Shown here: piece after piece, positions 1-13,719 of the stretch
Numbering within the stretch: the stretch's first letter is position 1
How the letters are laid out: every line of letters begins with the position of its first letter
DNA from: Octopus sinensis
Lineage: Eukaryota
Assembly: GCF_006345805.1 (NCBI RefSeq)
Contig: NC_042997.1
Span: forward strand, 162,812,001-162,876,000
DNA: 64,000 nt
Direction: 5' to 3'
Position numbers and translations under genes: made by a program
Notes under the pieces: generated by a model
Seen by the model: the letters and a program-made list of their open reading frames with translations, nothing else
Told to the model about the DNA's origin: nothing
Database searches by the model: none

Positions 1-319
1 CCCTTGGCTACACCAACGCACCCAGACACACTCCACTTCACCACCTCCTTTTCTCATACACACACGCACACACGCACATACACACACATACCCATGCGCT
101 CGCGCGCGCACACACACACACACACACATTCCCACTCCGTCTGCACACACACGTCAACACACACACACACACACACACACCCACACACATTCTCTGACCA
201 TCTTCATACTCTCCTGTCCCAGAAATCCCTTTCTCTTTCTTCCACTTCCGGTCACTTCAGAAATGTAACCGTACGTGGATTCTTGGTGATTTTTTTCCAT
301 CTTTCTCTTTGGAATTTTC

Positions 320-356
320 TCTTTCCGACGAAGAGCTATACTTGAAACGTTAATAA
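320..356 (+). ncRNA. Degenerate minimal hammerhead ribozyme relic (Penelope pLTR-like context)
   Basis: CCGACGA (325-331; CUGANGA with U4>C), short imperfect stem II, GAAA (344-347), palindromic ACGU stem III, then U. Stem I is weak. Confidence 0.35.
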
Positions 357-473
357 CTCTCTCCTTTCCCGAAGCGTCAAATTAATACATTTCTTGTACA
401 CGTCCTCACGTTCATTTTTTTCTACTTTGCGCCGTATTTTAATTGTTTGTTTTTTAATTGACTATATTTATAG

Positions 474-635
474 ACGACGGGCTTCTTTCAGTTTCCGTCC
501 ACTAAATCCACTCACAAGTCTTTGGTCGGCTCGAGGCTATAGTAGAAGACACTTGCACAAAGTATCAGACAGGAGGACTGAAACCGAATCATGTGGTTGG
601 GAAGGAAGCTTCTTACCACACAGCCATACCTGCGC
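474..635 (-). mobile_element. SINE family B, tRNA-like head/5' half
   Basis: Minus strand reads GCGCAGGTATGGCTGTGTGGTAAGAAGC...GAAACTGAAAGAAGCCCGTCGT, matching the copies at 20.7-20.9, 25.0-25.2, 42.2 and 48.4 kb. Confidence 0.85.
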
Positions 636-895
636 ACATATGTGTGTGTATGTATGTGTGTGTGTGCGTGTATGTATATGCATACATATATATATACTCT
701 CGTACGTACATAGAAATATACATATAAAATAACTATAAACGCATACATGCACACATACATTTATATATATATCATATACAAATATATAATCTATACACAC
801 ACAAAGCACATTCTTCATTCTAATGTTCCAACTTATTGCCTGGAAGTATAATATAATAATAAGTAATAATATACATTTCATACATATACAGATAA

Positions 896-1309
<414 letters not shown>

Positions 1310-1849
1310 TTATATGTATATATTCGGCCATTATTTCTTCTAATGTTCCAAGTTATTGCCTTAAAGTAAAACGGAATAGTAATACATGTATGTGTGCATG
1401 TATATATATATATATATAAGTTTGTGTGTGTGTGTGTGGTGTGTGTGTTTGCGCGTACTTGCATATATAACCTTCAATTACGGTCACTTTTAGACAATCA
1501 ACAAAGGAAATTTCATCCTAAAACGTTAAACCCATTCAATGTGAATAACAATCGCCTGAAACGTTGCTTCCAAACTTTGGTTGTTGTGTTTTTTTTTATT
1601 ATATTTTATATTTATTACTATTTTATTTCTATTAGTTTTATATTTTGGTGTTTCTCTTGTCTTTCAATGAGTTTCTTATTTCCGATTTTTTTTCTCTATC
1701 TTAACCCAACACTTCACGAAATTCTTTACATCAATGTTCTTGTCAAGTAATTCCCTTTATTTACATTGTGAATTTGCTTCAATACATTCATACTTTCTCG
1801 TGTTTACGCACACTGGCTGTGACGCCCCTACCATTTATGTAGTCGTCTG

Positions 1850-1860
1850 TCTATCTATCC

Positions 1861-1942
<82 letters not shown>

Positions 1943-1943
1943 A

Positions 1944-1980
<37 letters not shown>

Positions 1981-2020
1981 TTCTATCTGTCTGCCTGCCT
2001 GTCTACTTATCTATCTATAT
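1850..2020. repeat. (TCTA)n/(TCTG)n compound microsatellite
   Basis: Direct reading. Confidence 0.97.
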
Positions 2021-2499
2021 GCATACATACATATGCATGTATATACATATCTTTACATACATGCACACGCACACATGCACACACACAAATATACGCATAC
2101 ATGCATATCATAATATTTCGCTTAAGCATAGCGAGACTAATAATCTGGTGTTGAACTCAGTATACGTATGGTCCAGAACACAGTGTTACATGATTATAGA
2201 GTGGTAATAGAAAACAAAGAGATGACACCGGGAAAGGCAAAAGTTATGTAATGAAATTCATTAGCTTACGACTGTTTCTGCCATTTGATGTGGTGGACTC
2301 GTTGAGTACCAGGATAACATTCTATAGCTTTATGAGAGCTTTGAATATGAAGTGCACATTTTCAGAGCATACAGTTGTAATGTGTGAGAAAGTCTATGTT
2401 GACAGCTATAGAAAGAATCCACCACATCCCGTAGCAGAAACAGCTGTAAGCTTATGAAGTTCATTACATAACAACAGGTTTTTCTAAGTCATCTCTTTG

Positions 2500-2585
<86 letters not shown>

Positions 2586-2717
2586 GTGTGGTGTGTGTGT
2601 GTGTGTGTGTGTATATGTATGTATGTATATAAACTCGTCAATTTGCACATTTCATTTTACAATCACTATAAATACATGACGTGCTGAAATCGAGGAAAGC
2701 TAGCTAACAGAATTTAA

Positions 2718-2751
2718 AAATCGATTCAATATTTCTATATTGAATCGATTT
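2718..2751. other. Perfect 15-bp inverted repeat with 4-nt loop
   Basis: AAATCGATTCAATAT-ttct-ATATTGAATCGATTT. Confidence 0.9.
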
Positions 2752-3003
2752 CGGGAATAATCCTATGGATTCTTCCCTTTTCAGTAGAAAATACGATAAG
2801 AAATAAATGAAATACTTACAAGCATCCATGGAAAAAAGCATAGGCAAGAGTCATGTGTACATCTAAGTATCCCAGTTGTAAAATCCTTTAGCCAACCTCA
2901 GAACACGTATGAACTATTCTGAACCACAGCTTATAGTGGTTACCAGTCTCTAAGTGAATGGTAATAAGCATTTTATCCTATATTAGTAGTAGTAGTAGTG
3001 GTG

Positions 3004-3064
<61 letters not shown>

Positions 3065-5459
3065 ATGTATATATACACACATATATATCGTGTGTGTGTG
3101 TGTGTTGACACTAGTGCATCTGGGTGAATGAGCGGGCAGTTGTGCCAGTTGACTGATCCGAAATGTGATGACATATGCACGTCTGTTACAAAGTAGCGCA
3201 CTAACTATTATGTCCGAAACATCATGAAGTTAGCACGTCAGATGATGTCATAAGTGCACCAGTCGAGTGTTCTGAGAAAGGATGTGATGAGAAAAGTGGT
3301 TCTTTGGAGCCAGTGCGTTTTGATCGGCGAACAGGTTGCTGCCCCAGTTGAATATTCCTAAATGTGATGCATCTGTTGATGCTCTGCTCTTAATACAAAC
3401 AGACTGCCAATTCGAATATCTACGTTGATTGACAGAAGTACCACAAATATAATGACATGAGGTATTACCTACATTATTCATTCCTTTGATTGCTGCTCTT
3501 GAATTTGAAGTAGTAACAAGCAAATGCTTCCATTGCATGCAAACGTGCATGAATCGATCTGATAAGTTTACTTGTCGTCTCCATATAATTTTCCTGGCTC
3601 CTGGTGAACAAAACCAATGCCCGAAACTATGAATAGCAGCAGAAGATAAAATTTTGATGATATAATAGAAGAACTGTGGAAATATCGCATGGAAAATTTC
3701 ACTGTTTATTTCATGACATATTTAAGATTAAATTTGAATGCTCAGTTTGGTAATAGCATTTTCGACAACTATGTGTTCGAAATGGTAACAAAAGAAAATC
3801 AAAATCAACTAAGATGCCGTTTTATTATTTACCATAATAATTTTTGTTTCAATCATACCAATCAAGATAAAGAAATAATGTTATTCCGAACAACTGGAGG
3901 CTATCATGTGTCACATCTTCGTGTTTGTAAGTAAACAATATTCGTTGTTCCAAAAATAGGCATCACAAAACAGAGTAAACAAAGCTATGGATATGCAGTT
4001 TTCATTGAAAAGATATATGTAATTGTTACGCTTAATCAATGGGGAGAGCCAATACGCATGACTCTTTATAAGGTCCCCGAGACAGGTGTTGGGGACAGAA
4101 GAAGATATCTTCAAACAAGAAAACTAATCCAAATGCTTGCAACAGAGTGGACTCCACCGAAGGAACCCAAGGTGCCAGATGTGGGTGTTAAACCGAGTGA
4201 CAATGATGGGGTTTGAACACAGAATGTAAAGAGTCGGAAAAAAAGGAACGCATCCCATCTGACATTTTAACGTTTCTGTCATTTCACTGCTCTAGACTTT
4301 ATTTATTGATCCATGAAGCTTGAAAACAGAGGTCGGCTATGCAACCAAGCAGAAATAACAACAGTAACACAAAAGAAAGCAGAACCAATTAATAAAAGAA
4401 TGTAAGTAGCAGGTTTCAACCGCCGTTCTTTATCACTCACAGTCAATAGTTTTATTATACGAAAAACAATCAGATAACAGGATTGACAAAAAGGAAACAA
4501 AATATTGAAATTTAAAATACAAAACAGAATCACAACTTTTCATATGCACTTTATAAACTGGCAGCAATGAGAAGTCACGAGATTACTAATTTATATTTAA
4601 CTAGTATCCATTTGACAAATATGTGGCTAAATTCTTAAATTGTGAACGATTCATTTTTCTGTCCTCAGACAGTTACTGTATTGTAAAATTTCTCTTGTCT
4701 GCTAAGCTAAATTTAATGTTGGCTCGAAGTCCCTTGAACCTTCTGTATATTATTATATTATAATGTTGGTATAATTCCTTTATATAGTGTATACAGAGTA
4801 AAAAGAAAAAAAAAGGTTATCTTTTATATAGACTTGAACTAGCATCAGTTACATTTTACCGCAGAGATCCATCGAGAGAAATTACTACATTCTCATATCC
4901 GAAGTTTACCTTTTGGGATCACGCCAGTCCAAAGCTGAAAGATAAATTTGATTATGGCTTTGTTTACGGTCTCTGCTAAACAATAAATAAATGAAGCTAC
5001 GAGCAGCTATACCATCCATTATAATTAGCATATATGATATAGATCCTCGATTTAGACAAGGAAATAATACACAGAAATAATTTATACAGAAAAGGTAGAT
5101 GTTTCAAATATACTGTTGTGTGTTTGTCAGGAGCTTGATAAGTTATTTTTCTCATTTTACGGACTGCTTTGATTATTTATGGAACATTAGAGCCAGTCCA
5201 GTGTACAAAATGATACACCGCAACCACATTCAGCTGATCTCAGCTTCTTAGAGGTATTATTAGTTGTTTGTTTTCCAAACTAGACTTCTGTACGAAATAT
5301 CGCACAAATCTTGCCGAAAAAATGCAGCAGCCGACTTCAATGGGGGAATAAATCTGCGTGGCACTCTTTAACACGAGACTCATCAAGCAAGACCTGGTAT
5401 CTAGCTTTCCTTAGTGGTGTTATTTGCAACCTGACGTTGATGGTAAATTCGATTCATAG

Positions 5460-5695
5460 ATAGGCGGCGAGCTGGCAGAACCGTTAGCACGCCGGGCGAA
5501 ATGCTTTGTGGTATTTCGTCCGCCGCTGCGTTCTGAGTTCAAATTCCGCCGAGGTCGACTTTGCCTTTAATCCTTTCGGGGTCGATAAATTAAGCACCAG
5601 TTACGCAGTGGGGTCGATGTAATCGACTTAATCCGTTTGTCTATCCTTGTTTGTCCCCTCTGTGTTTAGCCCCTTGTGGGTAGTAAAGAAATAGA
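5460..5695 (+). mobile_element. SINE family A, full length, with 16-bp TSD
   Basis: A-box-like TGGCAGAACCG, B-box GAGTTCAAATTCC, central GTCGACTTTGCCTTTAATCCTTTCGGGGTCGATAAA. TAAATTCGATTCATAG is duplicated at 5444-5459 and 5696-5711. Confidence 0.9.
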
Positions 5696-6222
5696 TAAAT
5701 TCGATTCATAGGATTTCTTCTCGTATCTGAATACCTAGAGGATCTCGTCTCGGAGCCCGCTGGGCTTTCAGTTTCACCTGCTCTTCTTGTGCACTGGACA
5801 GATTGAGCAAAGTGGTCCTCGGCACTATGATCTTATTCTTAGTTCTGGTTCTTATTTGACTGGTAAGTTGTTTTAATGCCTTTAGATATAGAACTTTGGG
5901 TGGCATCAGGTACTTTGCGTTGTTGCTCTTTGCACTTAAATTTGCTTTGGTGAATGTTCATGCTGCGTTCATACTTGAATGTCTGCCATTCTATTTTTCT
6001 TTTTGCAATCATCTTAGCACCCTGCCCCACAATGAGTGAAATGATGGTAGGAGCGAACGAAGTGCTTGTTCAAACAACCACCTGAGAAGGTGCATTTTAC
6101 ACCTTGGATGCAAGATAATGTTTGCACAACATCTCACCAATGTGCTACGAGTGCAGAAATATGTCGAAACAATTGTAGTGATTTTAGATAAAGAATCTCG
6201 TTCATTCAATTTTCTGTCATCA

Positions 6223-6398
<176 letters not shown>

Positions 6399-6574
6399 GC
6401 TCCAAATGAGAAGTAGATAGGCAGCCGACAGCTGATGAAGGGCCATTTCTCTGTTTTATTTGTCTCGTTTCCCATTTTTTCTCCAGTTGTTTGCGTATTT
6501 AACTCGTTTGTTTCCGTATTTCATGTTGTTTACACGGCTGGTGACGACCTGTACCCATATATGCATGTATGTAT

Positions 6575-6670
<96 letters not shown>

Positions 6671-6688
6671 GTATATGTATATACACAC

Positions 6689-6737
<49 letters not shown>

Positions 6738-7775
6738 CTCACACACACATATATGAACCAACTTCACGGCAGAAGGTGCAGATGAGGGTAGCTGCATCAA
6801 ACTCTCTCATGCACCAAATGTCAATTGCTAAAAAGCATTCGTGAAGTAAAATCATGTAGCCACACCGAATGGCGGTGCCCCAGCATGGCCGCAGCTCGTG
6901 AGCTGAAACTAGATGAAATTAAATGAAATATATACATCTCTCTCTCTTCCTCTCTCCCCTCTCTCTCTGTATATATACATATATATATATATATGTATAT
7001 TAGAAACCGCCGATTACAGAGTGATCTGTTCGTACTTGCTTGTCCTTTATTTCATCTTATATTTATTTTTCTTTTGCTTATTTCTCATCTTTTATATCCA
7101 TTTTCTCTCTCGCACACATTTTCATTCTTTATCAGTTTACGATCAATCTCTTACTACCTTTTCTTTTCTTTTTTTTTGGAATGGGTCAATATATATTTGT
7201 TGTTTTTACAGTTGTTAGTTTTGTTGTTGTTATTTTCGTCCGTATTGTTGTTTTACTCCCACTTCTCTTTTTCCCAATCAACAACGTTCACCGTTGCAGC
7301 TTCGATTATTTTGTTTTTCTTTTTTTAAGGACATCCTGATAGAAAAGTGACGAGAATTAACCGTGCAATTTCCGCTTTTAATTCAAATTCGATTCGAAAA
7401 CCTTGATTAGAACACCGCCGATTACAGAGCAATCTCGATTCATTCAAACGCCCATCACCTCTTATATGCTGTTTTTCAACCGGGGTAGACTGACAAACTG
7501 AGCAAGATTACGTCCCTTCCAGCAATGCGACTCCATTTATTTTTCTTCTTTTCCTTTGTAAACGAATTGAGCCGCGTGCTGCTGTCGTCTGCTGCTCGTC
7601 CTGTCAATGGAACGAGCCACAATAACAGTGTAGTAAAAATAAATATAAATAATTAAAAACCAAATAATAATAATGATAATAATAAATGGAAGAAAGGTTA
7701 AATTCGGCCTCTAGAACACAAAGAAAATCGTGTGGGTGGGGGCTGAAATAAAGGAAGAGAAAGAATAAAGAAGTG

Positions 7776-7814
<39 letters not shown>

Positions 7815-8231
7815 TAATGAAAGCTAGAGAGAAAAGAAAGCAAAAATGTTACTCCAATATTCATTGAGAGGTGGTAGCAGTGGCGATCGTAGTCGTGGTG
7901 GTTGCGGTGGTCGTGGCCATTTTTGTTATGGTGATGGTCATGGTGGTGGTGACGATTGCAGTCGTATTGCAAGTGGAGATGGAGTTGATAATGAAACTGA
8001 AGTTATGACTGTAGCAGTGATTGTGATGGAGGTGGTGGTGATGATGGTGCGATATATTGCAAGTGGGGACGGCGGTGATGAATCCATTGGAGGTGCTGCA
8101 TGCGGCAGTGGTGGTTGTAACGACGGTGGTTATGACAGCGTTGGCAGTGGTGGTAGTGGTGATGGTAATGGTGGTATAGTTGTCGTCATCGTCGTCGTAG
8201 TATAGTACTGATGTTCATTATAGTTATGATG

Positions 8232-8414
8232 TATTTCGTCAGCCGCTACGTTCTGAGTTCAAATTCCGCCAAGGTCGACTTTGCCTTTCATCCTTTCGGG
8301 ATCGATAAATAAAGTACCAGTTATGCACTGGGGGCGATGTAATCAACTTGATCCCTTTGTCTGTCTTTGTTTGTCCCCTCTGTGTTTGGCCCCTTGTGAG
8401 CAATAAAGAAATAT
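8232..8414 (+). mobile_element. SINE family A, 5'-truncated, with 15-bp TSD
   Basis: Family A body and long tail. ATTATAGTTATGATG is duplicated at 8217-8231 and 8415-8429. Confidence 0.85.
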
Positions 8415-8850
8415 ATTATAGTTATGATGATGATGTCTCTTAAAACCGGGGTTGCAGTGCTAAAGAAGATTGAAATGGTGATGAGGTTGGTGATGATGTT
8501 GGTGGTGATGGTATTGGTGGTGGCCATTGTGGTTGAGATGGTGATAGTGGGGGGGGGGTGTTGTAAAGGGAGACGGTGATGAAAATGTATATAGAGGTAG
8601 CCAAAGTTACAGTGGTGGTGACGGTGGTGGTGGTAGTGATGGTGGTGGTGGTGGTGGTGGTGGTGGTGTTGGTGGTAGTGGTGGTGGCGGTAGTGGTGAA
8701 TTTGACTGTGGATGATTTTTATGTTGTGATAGAGGACGGAAGTTGCAATAGGGAAGTACAGAGTCAGAATACGGCATGGCCACGACGGGGGATTGGTTTT
8801 GAGAAAAGGGAAGGAAAAGAAGATGATGATGATGATGATGATGATGATGA

Positions 8851-9063
8851 TCCTTTCTACTATAGGCACACGACCTGAAATTTGGGAGAGGAGTTAGTCG
8901 ATTACATCGAACCCAGTACTCAACTGGTACTTTATTTATCGACCATGAAAGGATGAAAAGCAAAGTCGAGCTCGGCGGAATTTGAACTCTGAATGTAAAG
9001 ACGGACGAAATGCCGCTAAGCATTTTGCTCCGTGTGCTAACGATTCCGGCATCTCGCCGCCTT

Positions 9064-9114
<51 letters not shown>

Positions 9115-9120
9115 AACAAC

Positions 9121-9178
<58 letters not shown>

Positions 9179-9737
9179 GTAATAACAATAACAATAATCC
9201 TTTCTACCATAGGCAGAAAACCTGAAATTTGGGGGATAGTGGACTAGTCGATTACATCAACCCCAGTGTTTCACAGGTACTTAGTTTATCGACCTCGAAA
9301 GGAAGAAAAGTCAAGTCGACCGCGGCGGAATTTGAACTCAGAACGTAAAGACGGACGAAATGTCGCTATGCATTTTGCCCGGCATGCAAACAATTCTGTC
9401 AGTACGCCAACGATGATGATGATGATGGGCAGTGACGACGTTTGTTGTGGTATCGGTGGTGGTGGTCGTGTTGATGGTGTTGATGATGATGAGAGTAATA
9501 AGATAGATTCATAATAATAATAAAGGTCTTAAATTTTGGCACAAGGCCAGCAATCTCGAGGGAGGGGTTAAGTCGATTATACTGACAGCCAGCGGTCAAC
9601 AGGTACTTAATTTATCGACCCCGAAAGGATGAAAGGCAAAATTGACCTCGGCAGAATTTGATCTTAGAACGTAAAGAGGGAAGAAATACTGCCAAGTATT
9701 TTAGCCGACGTGCTAATGAATCTGCCAAGCTAGCCGA
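8851..9737 (-). mobile_element. Three SINE family A copies separated by (AAC)/(AAT)/(GAT) microsatellites
   Basis: Reverse-complement family A at ~8851-9062, ~9198-9400 and ~9521-9737. Confidence 0.85.
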
Positions 9738-9760
9738 ATAATAATGATAATAATAATAAC

Positions 9761-9801
<41 letters not shown>

Positions 9802-9844
9802 GCCCTTCCTAACGCCAACCAGTCTGAGAGTGCAACAGGTGGAA

Positions 9845-10401
9845 AATGCCCTGATGCAGTACCAGGCAGTGGCTCTCATGGCTTCTGATCTTAACTGATT
9901 GGAAGTGTTATCATGTACATTGTTTTGTCTTGGTATAAAAGATGGGCTACAGCAAATATTCTGCTCAATACCACAGATTTGTTTGTCAGTTGCTTGACCT
10001 TAACCAGTTGAGCATGTCCCTTAGTGGCTGACGATATGTGCATCTCTGATCACGAGCAGAAGTAGTGGGGGAGCATCATAGTCATGTGTTGAGAGGGTTT
10101 CTTTGGGGTTTGAATAATTCACCTCTGGAAACATGGGTGTTTTTTTCAACATCCTTAAACAACCCTTATTCAGGGACCGTTTGAGCGGGATGGGCTACTC
10201 AACCTGAAGAAAATTCTAACTGGGCCCCACCTGTAAGGTCATGTGCTGTTTATCTTGATATGAGATCACCATGTCGCGCACATATGGTTGTGATGCATGT
10301 GCCTGGTGTACCTTTATCAGACGGGTAGTCATGATGGGTATATTGGGCTTCGTATATTTTACCCCAGTGTCACTTTGATGGCATGAACTGCTCTCTCACT
10401 C
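9845..10401 (+). mobile_element. Family C: ~555-bp non-coding element embedded in (TAA)n, copy 1
   Basis: Near-colinear with 11362-11891; partial copies at 17031-17175 (-) and ~34938-35097. Ends CTCTCTCACTC(AAT)n. No ORF or obvious Pol III boxes. Orientation is inferred. Confidence 0.8.
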
Positions 10402-10419
10402 AATAATAATAATAATAAA

Positions 10420-10790
10420 TGCTTTCTAATTGATGTATCAATACCGGCAGATGACAACGTGTCTCTAAAAGAAATGGAGAAACTTTCAAAATACAAAGAC
10501 CTGGAAATAGAGGTAACCAGAATGTGAATCTAAAAACAGAAACAATTCCTATCATAGTAGGTGCATTAGGCATGATAAAAAAATATTCAGACAAATACAT
10601 AACAAAAACACCAGGACTTACAAACACATATAACATACAGAAAATTACACTACTAGGCACTGCACACATCCTACGCAGAACACTTTCCATACAATAACCA
10701 TCAGAGCATCACAACAAATCACAGCACATACCCAAGGCACACAGAGCTGCGCTCGGTAGTGAAGTGAAAGCACGCTATATAAAAAAAAAA
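10420..10790 (+). pseudogene. R4/Dong-like LINE 3' end (restriction-like endonuclease C-terminus plus 3' UTR)
   Basis: Reads CFLIDVSIPADDNVSLKEMEKLSKYKDLEIEVTRM/NLKTETIPIIVGALGMIKK...ITLLGTAHILRRTLSIQ* with one frameshift; stop 10695-10697. Flanked by (TAA)n. Confidence 0.85.
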
Positions 10791-10808
10791 TTTTCTTAAA
10801 TATAAAAA

Positions 10809-10840
<32 letters not shown>

Positions 10841-10869
10841 TGATGATGATGATAATAATAATAATAATA

Positions 10870-10918
<49 letters not shown>

Positions 10919-11340
10919 TGTGATCATAATATCTCAGCGAAAGAGTTTGACAAGCTCAGAAAATATAAAGACCTACTCATTGAAATTGAGAAAATGTGGC
11001 ATCTCAAGGCGATTACAATACCAGTGATCGTAGGAGCACGAGGAATGATCAAGAAGGGAACCGAACATTATATGAGAATGATCCCTGGCTTACCATCCCT
11101 GCAAGAAGTACAAAAGATTGTCTTAACTGGTACATCACACGTATTGAGAAGAGCATTGTCGATGTGAGAACTGTTGCTGCTCATGTATTTTAATTTAACT
11201 TAAAAAAAAATAATAAAATGAACGAACTATTGAGTTTGGTTTAATGGCCTACCAATGTATACTATGAGTTTCTTTGCCCTAGGAGTCGGGAAGACACTCG
11301 GCAAGAAATGGAAGCAAATTTGAAAGAAGAAAAAAAATTT
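10919..11340 (+). pseudogene. Second, divergent R4/Dong-like LINE 3' end
   Basis: Reads CDHNISAKEFDKLRKYKDLLIEIEKMWHLKAITIPVIVGARGMIKKGTEHYMRMIPGLPSLQEVQKIVLTGTSHVLRRALSM* (stop 11165-11167), with a distinct 3' UTR. Flanked by (TAA)n. Confidence 0.85.
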
Positions 11341-11361
11341 TAATAATAATAATGATAATAA

Positions 11362-11891
11362 AATGCCTTGATGCAGTACCAGACAATGTCTCTCGTGTTA
11401 TCATGTACATTGTTTTGTCTTGGTATAAAAGATGGGCTACAGCAAATATTCTGCTCAATACCACAGATTTGCTTGTCAGTTGTTTGACCTTAACCAGTTG
11501 AGCATTTCCCTTAGTGGCTGACGATATGTGCATCTCTGATCACGAGCAGAAGTAGTGGGAGAGCATCATAGCCAAGTGTTGTGAGGGATTCTTTGGGGTT
11601 TGAATAAACCACCTCTGGAAACATAGGTGCTTCGTTCAACATCTTTAAACCACCCTTATTCAGGGACCTTTTGAGCGGGATGGGTAACTCGACCAGAAGA
11701 AAATTCTAACTGGGCGCCACCTGCAAGGTCATGTGCTGTTTATCTTGATATGAGAATACTATATCACGCACATATGGTTGTGTTGCGTTTGCGTGGTGTA
11801 CCCTTATCAGATGGGTAGTCCTGATGAGTATACTGGGCGTCGTATATTTTACCCTAGTGTCACTTTGATGGTATGCACTACTCTCTCACTC
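11362..11891 (+). mobile_element. Family C copy 2
   Basis: Same termini as copy 1, with a ~27-nt deletion near the left end. (TAA)n on both sides. Confidence 0.8.
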
Positions 11892-12038
<147 letters not shown>

Positions 12039-12230
12039 GCTTTTCTGCTATAGGCACAAGGCCTGAAATATAAGGGTTGGGCACTAGTCGATTACATCAA
12101 CCCCTGTGCTCAACTGGTACTTATTTTACCGACTCCGAAAAGTTGACATCGGCCGAATTTGAACTCAAAACGTACAGACGGAGGAAATCATTTTGCTCGG
12201 CGTGCTAACAATTCTGCCAAGCTTGCTGCC
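12039..12230 (-). mobile_element. SINE family A, degraded
   Basis: Reverse-complement family A body. Confidence 0.7.
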
Positions 12231-12518
12231 TAATGATGATGATGATGACTTCAAATTCTGCCAACCCCCCCCCACAAAAAAAAAAACCAATAACTACTAC
12301 TACTATTACAACTACTACCGTTATAGACTTTCTATAACCAACTTTTGTTTTCATATATGAAAACAGCAAAATGTTTCGTACCGGACAGGCGTTTCCACGT
12401 ACATCTGAAACTATATATATATTTCTGCAAACACTCTATGTCTGTTTTGATGTGAATATGTTTATTTAAGCCTATGTATATATGCACAATTACATACATA
12501 AATACATGCATACATACA

Positions 12519-12549
<31 letters not shown>

Positions 12550-12663
12550 GACGTATATGCGCGTGTGTGTTTCTGTGTGTGTGTGAGTATATATATATAT
12601 ATATATTTATATGTATATATGTGTGTGTATATATATGCATAAATTTATACGTACACCCATATA

Positions 12664-12701
<38 letters not shown>

Positions 12702-12980
12702 ATTTTCATTACTCTCATTTAATATAAGGTGCACGTGAGTTAATATGTCAAGTACACGTGAACTATGCAATCCTGAGATATACGCGGCTGTATAAACTCG
12801 TGCACGTGCTTGTATATATACATGCATTGATATGCGCTAATATAAATTGTATAGGTCTTTAAACACATACACACAAGCCAATACGTGTGAATACATATGT
12901 ATACGTGTGTGTATGTGTGAGTGTGTGTGTGTATATATGTGTACACTCACGCACACACAAATATATACCGGCATACATTC

Positions 12981-13021
<41 letters not shown>

Positions 13022-13179
13022 CGCACGCACATGCACTTTCATTTATATATGTATATACACATACACCTGTATATTCACCCACACACAAAAGGGTGGGTAA
13101 ATATATGTATAGGTGTGAATGGGAAAGAGAGAATGAGGGAGAGAGAGAGAGAGAGAAAGAAAAAGAGAGAGGGAGAGGA

Positions 13180-13212
<33 letters not shown>

Positions 13213-13567
13213 GCAGATAGTCAGACAGACAAACAAGGGTGGAAAGGGGAAAATACATGCAGAAGTATCGAATTTGTCAATTGTATAAATTTTTGTATGT
13301 AGTTGTCTTTTTTTTTACAAGGGTTTATGCGCGCGCGTGTGTATGTATATTAAGCGCATGCGCACGTGCGTTTAGTTACATGCAAACTAATACATGTATG
13401 TTTACAGAGTTATTACTATATTTAAACATATGTGCAAATGTATATGTCAGTATAATAATTTCAATGAGCAATGGAAGGAAACGTACACATATATAAATTA
13501 AAACGTGCACACAATCGTAGGAACACACACACACACACACACGCACATACAAAACACACACACACAC

Positions 13568-13606
<39 letters not shown>

Positions 13607-13680
13607 GCATGCATGTAAGAATGTATGTACGTATGCATTTATGTATGTATGTGTGTGTTATCTGTGCGTGTGTTTGTGTA

Positions 13681-13719
<39 letters not shown>

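Noticed and set aside
4865-4979. Possible plus-strand terminal exon DPSREITTFSYPKFTFWDHASPKLKDKFDYGFVYGLC* followed by AATAAA
   Set aside because: Weak pyrimidine tract, no recognisable family and no partner exon; compatible with chance.
5700-6210. Overlapping minus-strand ORFs with protein-like composition
   Set aside because: Probably a decayed transposon fragment, but no motif could be assigned.
6405-6556. CUGAUGA box at ~6432 between microsatellites
   Set aside because: No GAAA or stem II closure downstream, so it is not a complete hammerhead.
6999-7429. ~24-bp direct repeat at ~407-bp spacing with CUGAUAGA and GAAA inside
   Set aside because: The boxes are not correctly placed relative to a stem II, so a retrozyme-like unit is unsupported.
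11821-11850. CUGAUGA followed by a 6-bp stem in family C copy 2
   Set aside because: No GAAA follows, and other copies read AUGAUGG; not a hammerhead.
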